The position numbers and the translations under genes are program-made. Under the pieces are notes generated by a model. That model saw only the letters and a program-made list of their open reading frames with translations. It was not told where the DNA came from and made no database searches. DNA of 64,000 nt from Podarcis gaigeae (taxonomy: Eukaryota): the NCBI GenBank assembly GCA_964106915.2, contig OZ066919.1. One strand, written 5' to 3'. Below, in pieces: positions 24,950 through 39,800 of the stretch. Position 1 is the first letter of the stretch, and each line of letters starts with the position of its first letter.

Positions 24950-27900
24950 AAAGAATGGTGAGTCGTTTTGGCTCAGCCTGATATTTTTATTTCAGGTAAA
25001 GATTCTAGACAAAGAGGGCTGCTGTTCAAGTTCCAGTCAGACAACTCTTTCCCACATGACATTATCATTATTATAGGCTGTGTAAGCTTGTTCCTCTCCC
25101 ACAATACTTCTTATAAACTGAACATAAATTTTGTGACACTTTTGGGATGGAAGAGGTAGAAGTAGAACACTATGAACTTTAAGTTTCAATCTTAAGTTGT
25201 TGGAACAAGGAAGGGGATTTGTACAGAGAGTGGTTAATGACACTTTCTCCTTCACATTTTATTCTAACAAGCAGCTCAGAGTTCTACCATGTTATTTGCT
25301 TTTCCAACAAGAGATATTTCCCAAAGGAGTTTGAGTGTGTGTAGCTACATTTCATTTCTTAGTTAATTCTTACAACACAGATGCCAAGAGGCTGGGCATT
25401 AGAAAGCACGTGGGGCTGCATTCAAGAAATCAAGCTTTGTGATCCATCCCTGTTATCAGTTCTGTGCAATAGCATTTAATCATCTTAAACTTCACCAACT
25501 GGAATAATTAAACTGTCTCTGTTATTTCAATATTCATTGAACAACCCACGTTTTGCTTTCTTCGTCGATTCATCCACTGGTTCTCGTTAATCTACAGCAG
25601 GGAAGAAGTGTTCTCCAGTGGTTTGATTGCTTTGAAAAACACTATAATTTGTAAGCAAATTGGGAAGCTTTGAAATGAAATGAAAGCATCAGTGACTAGA
25701 CAAGCAAAGCTCACCTTTCTCCTTTCCAGTGAAATGTTTCAGACCAGTGCTCATCATTGCCATGAATTACACCATAACGTCAATGGGCCCTTCCAGCTTT
25801 TGATTAAACTGTAGCTATTAAGGTTCCTGGGGGAAAACAAAACAAAACAGGTAATATCTTGCTTGTAATATCTTTGTTGGGAAATTCACTTCCAGCAGCT
25901 CAAGCAGTGTCAATAAAGGTGATTTGCCATCATAAAGCAGAAAATAAGATGGGAAATACAGATGAAGTCATTGACCTGACTGTTGTGCTCTTGTTATGGG
26001 GAGAGATTATTTCACTTTAAAGAAAAACAATATGCTTCATACAACAGGGGTGAGGGGAAAAATCTCCTCTTGTTCACAGTCCCTTCACTTTTCCTAATCT
26101 TGAAGGGGAGAGGAATGTGGTGGTGCCGACTTCCCTTTCATCTCTTGAACACAGCAATAATAAATATGTGATCATGAATCCATTGGATTTCTTTTCTAGA
26201 AAGAAAAGAAGAGTCACAATTCAATTGAGTTTGATGCTTAAAATATATCTATGCATATTTTACTTCCTAATTGTATTTGGAGAATCTGGGAATTAATGTA
26301 AACAATGCTCACTTCTGTTAAATTATTTCTCTGTGAGTTAGCTTTACTGTGCTTTCCACTGTCTTTCAGTTTTGTATGTCAAATTGCTTTGAGAACAGGA
26401 GCTTATGCAATTTGCCTATATTTCTTCATGTATTTTTTTCAAACCACTAAGTCTTCTATATGTATTAATTGTTGCACATATTGAAATGTTGTGATTCTTA
26501 TTTTCTTTTAGTTTGTTATGGAAAACATGAGTGCAGATTCCCATCAACAAGATTATGGGCTATGGTGGGAAGAGGACACACATTCCTAGGCAAATCAACA
26601 GGCCCAACCCAAAGAACATTGCAGTGTAGATGGGAATGTTCATTCTTTGTTGCTTTGCTCTGGCTCCAGTACACTCCCACTGCTAGTGTTTGAAGCCAAG
26701 TACACATGTCATTAGCCACAATTCATATGTATCCTGTATTTTCTTGAGAATTACTCCTGTTTGAGGTATTTTCCCCCAAGCCAGTTTCCATCCATTTTGA
26801 AACTGCAAGCTGTGGTTAAGCTGAGATGTGTACAGTTCAGATAATCAGTGCACATGTGCAGATGACAGTTTCATTGAACAGGATTTCAGGGGTTGCAGGC
26901 ATGAGGAAACAGATCAGGTAATACACATAAGCTGCCAATGCACTTCTATCTATCTTTCTCTCTTCCCACCCAAGGGGCTGCCGGGTGAGAGACAAAATGC
27001 TGTTGCCAGGGGTGTGAAGTGATCAACCCCATCACTCTCTCCTTTCATCACTCTACCCATTTCATCTCCCCCACATTTCCCCTGTCTTGCACTCCTCTCT
27101 GTCCAAGCCCCACCCCCACCCTGCTGCCCATCACTTAATATTAGGGCAAGGGCTACAGGTTCCCTATCCCGACTTAGATACACAGGATCTAAAGTATCAT
27201 TAACAAATCTCCAGTCTCCCAATCCATTTAAGCATGTCTACCATGTTATATATAGAATCGCCTAGGAAGTATTTAGTTAGGTGAGCTCCTCTTTCTGTTT
27301 GATATTTGATGTCATGAGAATCATAGAATCTGTTTTAAAATATGTTATGCAGGTTTTTATTTTTTTAACATTTCATTTGTTGTCTGTACTCCACCTTTTG
27401 CTTTAGAAGGAAGAGGAAGGACATGCAACTAGCTGCAATTCCTATTTCAATGCAAATCTGTTGTTGGTAATTGTAGTTTAGCAATTGTCTCACCCTTCAG
27501 CTCAGCAATGATGAAAGATTCATGGGTGTGAATTATTAGCTGTGCCATTTACCTTGGAAATGCTCTCAACACTGTTGTATTTATTTTTGGAAGTTTTCTT
27601 TTGTTCCGTTCTGAATCTCATTATTCTGTAATTGTTGAGAACATTATTGTTAACAGGAGATGGTATAAAATATCTACCTTTCAAGAAGAGGACAGTTTAA
27701 TAAATCTGGAGGCTGGATTCTATCCTGCTTCCCCCCCCTTCCAGACTTGTAGTGTTGTCATTCTGCTGATTGTAATGGGATTGTTCTAACTTATAGGAGA
27801 ATGCTGATTCCAACAGCCCTTTGCTGTGAGAACCACATTCTCATGTGCTCTGATGGACTTTTGATGTGTAGTCTAGTGTAGGGTTTTATATCCATATCAC

Positions 27901-28651
27901 TAGAGGTATTTCAGCAGGTGAGAAAGCCCCATTGTGCTAGCTGGAGTCCTTGTGTTGGCTTCCACTAGCAGAATGAATTGGTTGAACCCAGCCTTACGGC
28001 TGCAAACACCCACCCATTTTCATTGTCTCTATGATTATACTGTCACCGAAATTAAGGGAGGTTGTGCAGCAGAGGGAGGATGGAACTCTTAGTTTATAGC
28101 TTTAGGAAGCTACATTTCAGAGCTAGTTTTAAGATTTGGTCCTTGTGAAGCATCTCATGTGGCACGTGGCATACGGACCCTGTAACTGAAGGCTGTGTCT
28201 CTCTGCTGCAAGAAAGGCACAGCAAATCATGATGGATACATTTCCACCCATCCGAACAGACAATTTAGCACCACAACTCCTAATGGATCAGGCGTCTGCT
28301 AAAAGCGAATAATTGCTCAGATGTGAAGCTTGGCTTTCCTGATGAGAGGGATTTATGACATGTCAGGCTCCAGACATAAACGATAGCATCATATTATGCT
28401 AATTCTCATCATGCTCATGTGTGTGATGTGACACACTATAACACAAAATGACTGCCTAACATTTATAAGAAATACGAAGGGATGCCCCCACTACTAATTT
28501 GTAGTGGAAATATCAAACACATCACTAAAGGTTAACAACACCATCCTGGTGACTGGAAATGCTGGCCTGCTTGCAGATATAAGCAATAAATGCATTTTTG
28601 TGCCAACTAAACTATCCATGGTGAAATGAAATGTCCTTATTTCATTGAGTG

Positions 28652-28916
28652 TGTTATGTAGTGAAGTTTCACCCTGGGCCAGCTGGGGGATACTGTATAT
28701 AGTTTTCACTCAGGTCTGTAGATAGTTTTCACTCAGGTCCACGTCAGTTATTTTAGGCAGGAACTCTGGGCTGTTGTTCCTACAATGTTGACAGCCGGCT
28801 GCCTATAAAAGCAGGCCGGCTGAGCTGTTTGCAGTCAGTTCTATTCCAGCTTACAAAATAAAGAGCTACTTGGAGAAATCGCTGTGTCGTCTGCTATGTC
28901 AACCCACAACTTAACA
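28652..28916 (+). mobile_element. Solo LTR (265 bp) with 5-bp TSD
   Basis: TGTTA...TAACA termini; GAGTG at 28647-28651 and 28917-28921; TATAAAA at 28804-28810; AATAAA at 28857-28862; internal 23-bp tandem duplication 28693-28738. Confidence 0.92.
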
Positions 28917-29454
28917 GAGTGGTTTATTCTTCCTGCACTGCCCAGTGGTAAATAAAGCATATTATTCTGTGACCTAAAATCCCTTGGGACTCCCATTATA
29001 TTTTATCCTCTCTTCCAAGATTTCCATACTGGTGCTTTCCTGCTTGCACAATCTCACAATGTAGACAGCAGAGTTATCTACTGGTGTAATTATCTACTCA
29101 AAACTAGTATAGTATAGCTGTGACTAGGAGACTGATGAGCTATGAATTGGGAAGTCATGGGTTTATATCTCACTTGTGTGTTACTGCCTGCCATTTTTTA
29201 TACTGACCCAGCATTGTGGGCTCCAATTGTGGTAATTTTGTTTGCAACATGTAATTCATCTGGAATCCCCCAATTGCTGCCCTCCAGATCTATAATCCAG
29301 GAGTAGATAATGTAACACCCATTAGATGTTGTGGGCTGCAACTCCAATCAACCCAATATAGCATAGTCATCCCTCAGAGATTATGATAGTCGTAGTCTCA
29401 CAACACCTGGAAGGAACCCAAACTGCAGTACTGCTGTCTTGTTTGGTATCTAGT

Positions 29455-29525
29455 ATTTTAGTCCTGATCTTTAAGAAAGGCAGTTGGGGTGACCCTCAAA
29501 ACTATCACCCAGTCAGTCTTCTAAT
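29455..29525 (+). mobile_element. CR1 ORF2 micro-fragment
   Basis: Translates to VLIFKKGSWGDPQNYHPVSL, matching the CR1 motif PIFKKGxxxDPxNYRPVSL upstream of the RT domain. Confidence 0.75.
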
Positions 29526-31689
29526 GGTTTCTGCCAGAATACATGCCCCCCTTTTAAAAAAAGGTTAGAATGGTTAGAAGAGTGGGCTGAAGTAAATAAG
29601 TTCCTCTCTCCTACATAGATGGTTTTCCCAAGGGGCATAGTATAATGGAGCAGACTCTCTTTAATTATCATATGCAAGCATATGTTATAATTGCACACCC
29701 CAAAAAGCTGTGGATAGTATTCAATGACTATGTGCCACCAATGCAACAATTTCTGCTTATACAACAGGACAACCCCCCTCACCTAGCCCTGTATCTGCCT
29801 TTCATTCTCCCCAAGTATTCTGTAGAAGGTCAGGGGAAGCCCTATAACAGATTTAAGGGGTGCAGTGGGGGAGCACATGCTAGAAATCCTTGCATGAATG
29901 GAACATTCATACAGCAGTGTTGCATTCAACCCTGTATGTTGCATTTATTCATCTCTCATCTGACTCTGACCATTGACCAACAGAGTCCATGAGAAAAAAC
30001 TAACTGTTGCTTCATTAGATAAGTGGCTGCTGTTTCTTATATAACAGCTTTGCTGTTATACTCAAGTTAAAACTCAAACTTAATTCGGGGGCTCTCGTTC
30101 TGATCTGGTATTTACACCAGGGTTGCAGTCTTGCACCTCTGTAATTTAATCTTTAGAGAAATGATGTAGTTCAGGAGCTCCCTTCGCCTTCCCCTCCCAC
30201 TCAACTGGTAATCACAAAATTCCAGTGCTTCTTTATGCAGATTATATGGCTCTTATTTCATTATCCCAAGTAGGTATGAAAAGATTACTTTCTAATTTCA
30301 GAACTTATTGCAAGCAGGAAGGTTTATCTATTAATTATATTAAGGCTAAATTGGGGGGTGTTTGCCAAAAGGCATAAACAGCATAAATGGGTCCTGAATC
30401 ATCATTCAATCAAAGAGTGTAGTTAGCTTTAGCTATTTAGGGCTTAATTTTGTGGAAATGCTCCGTGGCACATTCATTTTGAGGCAATTAAAATTTCATC
30501 TGACCATTCATTGGGGGCTATAATGAAACTTTATTAAACTGAGGGTCACTGTTAGAACCGTTGCTCAAAATTTGCTTAGCGAAAACTGCATCTGACTTGT
30601 TATAGAGTGCAGCAATCTGAGGTGGCTGTAATACAGGTGAACCTGATATAATTCAAAGTACGTTTTTTGTACTATTAGCAGTTCCACATACAATGCATTT
30701 GGTACACTACTTAGAATCTTATTTTACTTAACACATTCCCATACTACTACACATTTCGGAGTGGTGTGTGAAAAAAATCCACGGAAAATAAGACAAGAAA
30801 ACAATAAAATATTATAATAAATCCCAAACACATTTAAATGTTACAAAGTTACAATGTTACAAAGCTAGACCGGATTCTGCAGATGTATGCCAAGCTTCAG
30901 GCTTCCCCCACATGTGACCAGGTTGATCTGGGTACACAATGCAGGGCACAAAAGCCGCCAGAAATGTATTGTGAGAGAGGTGGTTGGTTTGCGTCACTTG
31001 AAAAGAAATGACATGTACAATAGGTTGGCCCATGTGTAAATATTCTAAGACTATCAGAAGAAAGGACATATCATGTATTTGAATGTGAGGAATAGTACAA
31101 TTCCATTCTATATCAGCTGGGAGTCCCCTGAGGCTCCCTTCATATATAAACCACAACCTTCCTTGAGGTAGCCTATACATAGCCTATTTCCCTTTATCAA
31201 TAGGGCACAGATGCCTTTGGGAGACATTGTTTGCTTCTCAGACAAAGAAACCATCCACGCTCAAGAAAGAGGCACTGGGCAGGTTTTCAGGTGTGAAAAC
31301 AAGCCACAGATGAGAACAAGATATTATTCTTCACGGGAGACGCTTATGAGAAGTACATCAAAGCCCCCTAATGACAAGCTGGGAGCGATACTACAGCAAG
31401 GAATAATCATAACAAGCAGATGAAGGGGAGTTAACCATTACTAGAGTAGCTCTCACAGCTTGCTAGCCTTGCGAGAGGTGCCTGATCTCCATCAACGATG
31501 TAGGACTACAGACTGTTAGTGCGTATGAAATAAGATGAATTATTAACTGAAAGGCTGGGGGAATCATCTCCAAACTTGGAGCTTAACATTCTATGTATTT
31601 GTTAATAACATCCTCTCCCCCTGCCCGCCCCGGCCACACATAATGTACAAATTAGAGAAAGCAAACCGGGGTTTATACTAGAACAACCA

Positions 31690-33050
31690 TCACATGTCTC
31701 CTGTCTACCAGCATCGGCATATATTATCTCCATTAGATGAGCATGCATTTAATTGAGCTGAAGGACAAACACGCAAATGTTGAGGGTTTGATTATTTTTC
31801 TCAGCTGGGGGAGCAGTGCCAGGCCATCCTCTCTCCGACACTGTGCATCAATTAGGTCTTGAGAGGCGACAGTAACCTAAACCGAACCTGGAGATGCTCC
31901 ACTGGGTCCCTGGGAGAGTTCAGGAGCTCCGTTTGGGTTGAAAGCGTGATGTTTTCCCACAAGGGAACCACCAGTCACAATAATTACATTGCTGTCTACT
32001 CGTAATATGATTTATTTAGATGTTGCCTTATGAATTAATTCCCTCTAATTGCTGCTCCTCTCGCTGTAAATCAAGGTTTCCTGCTTTCTGTGGAGCAGCG
32101 AACATGATCCTACACTGCCATAATTAGTCCAATTAGAAAGGAAGGCAGATGTGGGGAGCCAATTACTTGCAGGAATATGTCTGCTCCAATGTATTCTGAG
32201 TGCCATTCGATTGAAATTTAATAGCAACTTAATAAAACATTGTTTTATTCATAAACCAAACTCCCTTTGGGCTATTAGTTTTCCTGAGGAGACAGTTCCA
32301 ATGAGTTTTATGGCTGGTGAGTTAAGGGTCTTCTTAAAGAGGTAAATCGGGAGCAGATCCATTGAAATGTATGGATGCAGGCTGGGTGAGGGAAATGAGA
32401 ATTGACTCCCTTTTCTGCAGTAACATTTCTTACTCTTCCCACGGAGAGAATGAAATTAATGACTTTGCCTCCCGAATCAGTGCAAACGTCAGAAGCTGTT
32501 CAAACTGTTTGTCACAGCCAGGTCTTTACTCCATGTGGTGGAACTCTTGTTACTGAAAGCCTTGCCTTAGGCAACACCCTCAATCAAATAGACCAAATCA
32601 GAGTAAACATCCACACACATCTGACCCGTTTGGTAAGCATTCCCTGAAGCTTCATGTCACCGTGCTTGATGTTGCTGTGCCCCCAAAGAGCAAACTCATC
32701 AAAAGTGAGATGTACGTTATACAGGAGAAAACAACTCAAAATCTGTCTGAGCCCAAGAACTGGGAGAAACGATACATGATAAATAAAACAGAAGAGAAAT
32801 AGGGGGCAAGCACGGTTATTGGGCAGCTTAAAAGAGGGCTAACCCCCCCGACCTGTACACTGGGTGATATTGGCCAGTTTGCTGCTTTGCTCTGATTGAG
32901 TTCAAACTGCTGAGACGCGCAGTCGTCCCTGTGAAATTTGAGCAAGTAAAGAGGTGACTCATTCCAAATGGGCATTAAGCAGAAAATGGGTTGTTTCACA
33001 GGGTGCAAGGCACAAAACATTTACAATCCTATTTGCCAAGTGCCCTTATG
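31690..33050. promoter_or_regulatory. Candidate conserved non-coding element / developmental enhancer
   Basis: About 1.4 kb with no recognisable TE. TAATTA at 31981 and 32121, Pbx-Hox TGATTTAT at 32008-32015, Hox/Cdx TTTTATGG at 32306-32313, CpGs retained. Conservation not tested. Confidence 0.5.
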
Positions 33051-33667
33051 GAGTTTGTTGTGACTAGGGTTGCCATACAGAAGGAAGAAGCTTGGTTTTT
33101 TTTAATGTTAAATATATGGTAGTCAGATTGCTCCATTAGCTAGAAATCGCTGTTTGCAACTTCCCCACACCAAGTAGGAAGAGCAGAAAGCTTGTGATGG
33201 ATGTAACTTGATATTACATCTCAGCATAGCATCAGCAAGGCTCTTAATTTGTTGTCCCTCCTGCTCTGGAAAGCAAGACAGGGGGCAAATTTGGCTGTCG
33301 TGCTGGTTTCAGTTTGCAGTGCCTTGGATGAACCATCACTCCCAAGTCACAGTGAGCAGAATTTACCATTTTTAAAGCAAAACACTTCAGTTATTTGCTG
33401 TGTATCTGGCACTGCAGGTATCAGGGCTACTGGATGTCTTGACCCATGATTATACGATAGAATGAGGGATGGCCGAAATGTTCGCAAGCTATGTAGAATG
33501 GCATTGGGGTTGTATTTAGACTGCACATTTTTTCAGCAGCTAATTCTCTTTAGGTTTAAAAGCATTATAGCCTTTATTCCCAGCCAGAGAATTACGTGGT
33601 TCAGGTCCCTGTGGCCTACCTAACCTTGAGTTCTAGACCTGAGGGGCATGGAGATCTTAAGAATGTA

Positions 33668-33960
33668 GGGTTGTATTCACTTATGTCCCACCAACGATGG
33701 AAGGTCCTTTGATCCAGTGGGGGCTTCTGAATCATTGGAATGAGAAAGGGAGTTAATTTTCACATATTCCTCCATTGCAGCCTTCATTCCCCTTCCCCAA
33801 GATGCTCTAGAGGATTGGGAAAAATTGCATGAGAGAGGGTGGAGTATCTATGTGAAGGGGAACTGGTGAAAATAGCCTCCTTTCCCTTAGATGGGAATCT
33901 ACACTGGACCAATAAGCTTTGGAAGCGGGCGGGGTGTAACTATAACCATGGATACAACCC
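33668..33960. mobile_element. MITE with GGGTTG-type TIRs
   Basis: GGGTTGTATTCA / TGGATACAACCC, related to the TIRs of 14405-14741. Confidence 0.55.
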
Positions 33961-36764
33961 ACAGAAACTTTCCCAGGGAAAATATTTAGCAACTTAAAGA
34001 TTCAATGACCACAAAGATATCATAAACAGCAGTTACTAAACTATGTTGCCTTTAGTTATGTGCTATGGAAGATTATATAACTATAATATTTTATATAAAT
34101 ATTATATTGTTAATTATTATTTTATTAAAATAGAACTATTTATATAAATATATTAATAATAAATATGAAAACAACTCTTGTGTTTACCTCTTCCGACGAT
34201 CCAGAGGGGTGTGTGTGTGCATTGCCTTAACAATATTAGAAACGGCACTGACCTAACTTTGTTCATCTTTATGCATGGTTTCTGGAATCTCTCTAGGCTA
34301 TATGAGTTTTGTATATGTATGTTTGAATTTAATAGGATGTACTGAACTTACAAATTAATTAACTCTCACATTCAAACAAAATTAAATGTCTAAACCTCTA
34401 ATTTTGGTAAATTGATGTTTCAGTGAGCTAAAGGTAGCTTACATAAGATCAATAAAAACAAGACAATCCCTTTCATCAAGGTTACAGTCTTAAGGATGTG
34501 AAACAAAAGGGAAAGGGGGATTAGAATGGAAAAGGAAAACAAGCAAAGTTAGGCACTAGTTCCTAAATTTACATAAGCCCTTTTCAGGTATTCTAACCTA
34601 CAGAATTCCAACAGCAAGAGGAGGCCAGAGAGGGGATGTGTTATTAAGCCCAACACCTCCAGTACATTACCCTTGTTATTCTGATGGCACATGGTGGCAC
34701 CATTGCAGGCATGTCAATTTGATGTGTGAGAAGGGGTGGGGCGAAGGACTTCACCCCTGCTCTCCCTCTCAGGTAGGTAGAATCATGTATTGATAGTGAT
34801 GCCTGAAGAGAGCCTGACTAGTTGGAATACAAAAGTTCAGGGATAGAAGGAGCTGAATGGAGCTGATGGAGTGGTCCTGCTACCCATTGATCCATCTCCT
34901 GCAGCCTGAAAAAGCAGCTGCTGCCAGTGGTTAGAGAGCGAAACCTGATGGAGCCACATGTAAGCATAGCCAATGGAGCAGTCCTGCTTCCCACTCCTCC
35001 TGTGCTTCTGCCTGAAGGAATGAATGCTGTCAGGTAACAAAGGAGAGAGGGAGAAATCCAGAAGAACTAGCTTCAGCAAAACTCATGGAGTGGTTCAAAT
35101 ATTCGAATTTGACTATGTTTTGAATACTTCTTTCAGCTGTTATAAAATGTTTATAACTCAGGAATTTATAGAATATTTATAATTCAGTCAGAATAAACTA
35201 CCCAGGGCTAGGCGGAGCAATGATCTGACTCATTATAAAGCAGATTTTTTAATGTTCATTTATGTGTGTATTTTACAGATGCACAGATTCCCTGCCTCCC
35301 AGTCTTCCAGGGCTTCAAGGTTGGTTGTCAAAACAAATTCAAAGGGAAACAAGGAGTGAGGTGGGAGAAAGTGCTGGGCAGAACAGGCTGATGCCGCAAG
35401 GGACAAACGGAATTGGTACATAATTGATATGGCATTGATTTACCAAAGCTGAACACATTTCAAACAGTAGGACTTCCATATCTGTGTAACATTATGACAT
35501 GAGTTATAGACAATCCAAGCAGTTTTCTGGTTGAATTAGCCAGCTAGGGGATTAAGAAAGATAAAAGAGAAGAACTGAGATCACAGCCTGTGCCCAGACT
35601 AACATAAATTTAGAGCTAGCTTCAGATCTAGTGAAACAATGCTCTGTTTCTTGTCCATCCCACGAGGGCAGTGTCGGTAGTAAAATCTGTGATGAAGTGA
35701 TGAGGACAGCAGACCACAGCTCAGAAACTCAGGGACCATAGCCAGCATGTAATAAATATCCTGAGGATAAGATGATCAGACAGACAGATACTTGCCTGAG
35801 AAAGATCAGGTGTTCACCAAAAAGAAATCGCAGTATGATAATATGCAATTTTGTCTTATGTGCTGTGGACAAGGCCATCGTATGATGACTTTTATGAACT
35901 TGGACCGATTTACAGCAGTAGGATATATGGCTCATTGACTCAAAGTGAGGTACCATTGATTTCTCCATACTGGGATTAAAGCCCATTGATTTTGTTAGAG
36001 AAATTGTTGAAAAATCTGGCAGCATTGTTTTTCAAGGCTCAGAAGCCAGAAGGAAAATATTTATGACATTTTAAAATGTCATTAGTGTAAAAATTGGATT
36101 CATTTTTTGGGGGGGGGGGGGTGGATCTGACTATATGGTTGAACATTTGGGGTTGGTCATACCAGATCAACTACAAATGTCACAGAGTTGCTTTTACTCA
36201 CATGTATCTTGAGGCCTATCCTGGGCCAAATTTAGTTTTAATTTCAAGTCATTTCCTGGAGTTAGCAGTGATCATCACGAATTCATACTTTGTGTGTAAA
36301 TTATTCTGGATTTTGGAGAAACTTTAAACAAACATGTCTGAATATTCTGAATTTGTTAAAAACATTCACCAACACTTTCTTAGGAGGGGGGAAAAACAGG
36401 ATAAATGTAGCTTGTAAATTTCTGCAATACTGTATGCGCATTTTTACTTGAAATAGACATGGTACAGGATTGCATTGTAACCTCCTGAACTTTCCCTAGG
36501 ACTGAACACTTCTGATTCAATCCCAGAAGCATTGTTGGCCAAGCAAAGACAAACCTTTGTTCTACTGTTTGGCATTTAGTTTGTTTATAACATGATCCCT
36601 TGTTTGAAGATGGAGATTATCAGCAATTAAATTTGGTTCGCAAGTTCAGAACACAACTATATTTTATCTCAGATTTAAATGGAAGCTCAGTCTCCTACAC
36701 CTGTTTTCAAAGAAGAAATACAATACCTGCTGTGAATGACATTATTATTTACGATAATCAATTA

Positions 36765-36875
36765 CATGTATATCCTGTATTTCCTCCAAGGAACTTAAAA
36801 TGGCATACACAAGCCTTGCCCCCCATTTATCTTCACAACCACACAGTGAGGTAGGTTAGACTGAGGAAGTATGCT
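36765..36875 (-). mobile_element. MIR/Squam3-like SINE 3' fragment
   Basis: CCAAGGAACTTAA..TGGCATAC..CCCCATTTATCTTCACAACCAC..GTGAGGTAGGTTAGACTGAG, similar to 56455-56682. Confidence 0.65.
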
Positions 36876-39800
36876 AGACCAAGGACTGCATGATATACAG
36901 TGTGGGCCATGTGCATCCTAGGGCTGCAAGATCCCCACTCTGGTCTAGATGCGCAAAAACTGCTATTCAGAAAAATAATAGACATGGTGTCTTTCTCCCA
37001 AGCATTTTGAATGGACACAATAGAGGCACTGCCTCACCAACCTCAATCTGCCTTCAGCCAGCAGTTGCCTGCCTTTCTTCCTAGTTACAACCAGGCCTGG
37101 GATGGCACTCCCTGTCAGCTTCTTCCTCCTTAGATTCGGTGTTGTCCTTGTAGAACTCAGCATGTATAGAACTAGAATTAATTGGCTCTGTGTTCCATTG
37201 GCTGTCTTTGCAATAGTCATTGGCTCTGGCTCCACCTACTGTTAACCTCCTTATGCCCTACTAGTGTCAATGGACACCAGCCACCACAGCTTCATTGGAA
37301 TCCTTCCACCAACCACACACTTAACTGAATAACTGCGACCCAGTATCAACCTCATGTTTGGTGAATTCTAAGTTTAGGACACCATTCAGCCACCTCTTAA
37401 CCACAAAATTCAACCACCTCTTACCTTGATTGGGAAATGTGTGTTTTTCTTCCTGTGTAAACATTCCTATTAGACAGTCACTGGCTTGCTCATGCTCAAA
37501 AATGGTCAGTTTCCTCCCTTTGTAACTGCCCCCTCCCCAGCCTGGAGAAGGGATTTATTTGACATCACATTGTTTGTTTACTTTGCAAAGTGATCGATAA
37601 AACATTAAGTGGAGAGAAGCAAAGACTCAGCACTTTCACTAGTAATTAATTGAACAATGAAGCATTCTCAACATAGGTTTCTGCAGTGAGAAAGGCATAT
37701 CCATGGGAAGAAACAAACTGAGTTTTACACCTGCCTTTAATTTGACTAAAACGGAACTGAAATGGCTGGTGTTTGCGACATTTCCATTACCTACAGAGCT
37801 TGGTTTTTGTTTTGTTTTTTACATTGGATGCTGGCCCATCTATTTTCTCCTATCTAGTGCACAGGAGACAACCATGATCCTAATTGGGCCATTAGGAGAG
37901 GTGTTGAAATGTTGCTAATTGTCAAAGGCAATTAAGTGTAGCAACATGTCACAGGTAAATTAACGAGACTCCAGGTGTTATGAGCAAGTTGCATTCATTT
38001 TGGTAGAAAACAAACACTGTCTCATCTGCATATTACCCATCATTTTCTTTCTGTCCATTTCACAGAAAATTGCACAGCAGGCCTGGAAATGCAGGCTTTT
38101 TTTAAGCAACATGGCCTTAAAATATGTTATTTGGGGTTTTCCATTAAAGGACAAATGTCCTCATATTACATTCATTTCGGAAGTTAGCTTCATGAGTGGT
38201 GTCATGGTTTGACATTCCTCAGATGTTCTGTCCGCATCAAGAACACCCGTGATCTTTCAGTTTAGTTTGATCAAAATCTGGTGACAGCCTAAGGACAGTC
38301 CTGAGAAATCTTGCATGTCCATGGGAAAATGTTTGGATTTTTTGAAATTCCTTAGATACTATGTTTTTAAAACTTCCCTTGGAACTCTGTATTGGAGAGT
38401 GGTATAGAAATTCCTCAAATAATTTCGCGAGATAAGAATATTTTACCCAAGGAGGAATCTCCACAGCCAACTAACTAACATCCAGGTCTACTCAGCCTCT
38501 GGATAACACTGCAAGTAGAGACTCAACATTGACATTTTCAGCTTTAAAGATATTCCCTTGTTATTCCCATACTACATGCTAGCCTTTCAACGAGTATCTC
38601 CTGCTTCAATCTTTAAACATCCCTGAAAACATTTCCATGCCACCAGGCTTACGTAGGCAATGAAGAAAATATATTTCCTTAGTGGTTAGTAGACGGTCTT
38701 TGATTTTAAATTTTAACATAATTTTTAAAGTTTGTTGTTATATTTTATTATATATTATATAGGCATTGTGGTGAACCCCTTTGATATTTTTATGATATAG
38801 CAGTATATAAATATGTTTTTATAAAGAAATAATCAAGTAGAAGGATGAGGAGGCACTTGTGGGCAAGGCATGAACCTGTCAAGTTCAGACCCCAAGCTTA
38901 CAAATCAAGTAAGAAGATGCATATATTCACAAACTGCCTGAGATCTATGCCCTTTCAATATGTGCCTCTTTTGGAAAAAGAACACAGTGGATACAACTGA
39001 AAATGGTTATCAATGTTTCCCTGTGTGGGCTACCAAATACCCATCAAATCAGCTTGGGGTGCTGTGCTCTCTCACACATTTTGGGGGCTCTGTGATATCA
39101 TGCAAGGTCACATCTCACATGTTTTGTCCAAAAATGTACATTTTGAGGCTCCGCAATGTCACATGGGTCACATGACTCATGAAGGAGTGGGGTCATGTCC
39201 TGGATTCTAAGGTAAAAATGTTGGAGGGTATGCTACCAGAGTGTCTGAGAGGAGAAGGAGAGACCAGATCTTTTTCTTTCCTTCCATCATGCAGTTTCTG
39301 CTACCCTGGTAGGCAAGTTTTATAAAGGGAAAGGAGGTGGGAATTGGAAGTGCAAATATGTGTATGAGAGAGCATGTTTGAGGACTGGGCAGACCAGATT
39401 TTCTTTGAAATAAGCATTAGGGTCATCTAAAGCTGTATGTGAGTCCAGCAAGCACTGCTGGCATCTCTATAAATAGTCTACAAAAGGAGATCCAATTTCA
39501 CTGGGGCCTTACCTTGTTCCTTACGTAATTATTACTCTAGTATAGGGATCAACAACTGGAAGCTCTGTGGTTCCATAGGAAAACCTGGTATCAATCCGAG
39601 ATACCAGGCTACAGATAAAAGGGTGTTGTGGATGTTAGCTACAGGTCTTGTCAACAGCCCACTTTGAAACGGGGAATGGAAGTTGGCGATCCACAGCTTT
39701 ATCAGCATCCCACTAGTGGCTACCAAAAATCTAAGTTGTTGACCAGGCCTCTCCCCCATGTATGTCATGAATAGAATCTTGATCTGTTAGGGTCCAGCCT

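Noticed and set aside
34070-34170. Extremely AT-rich patch
   Set aside because: Low-complexity sequence with no periodicity or structure.
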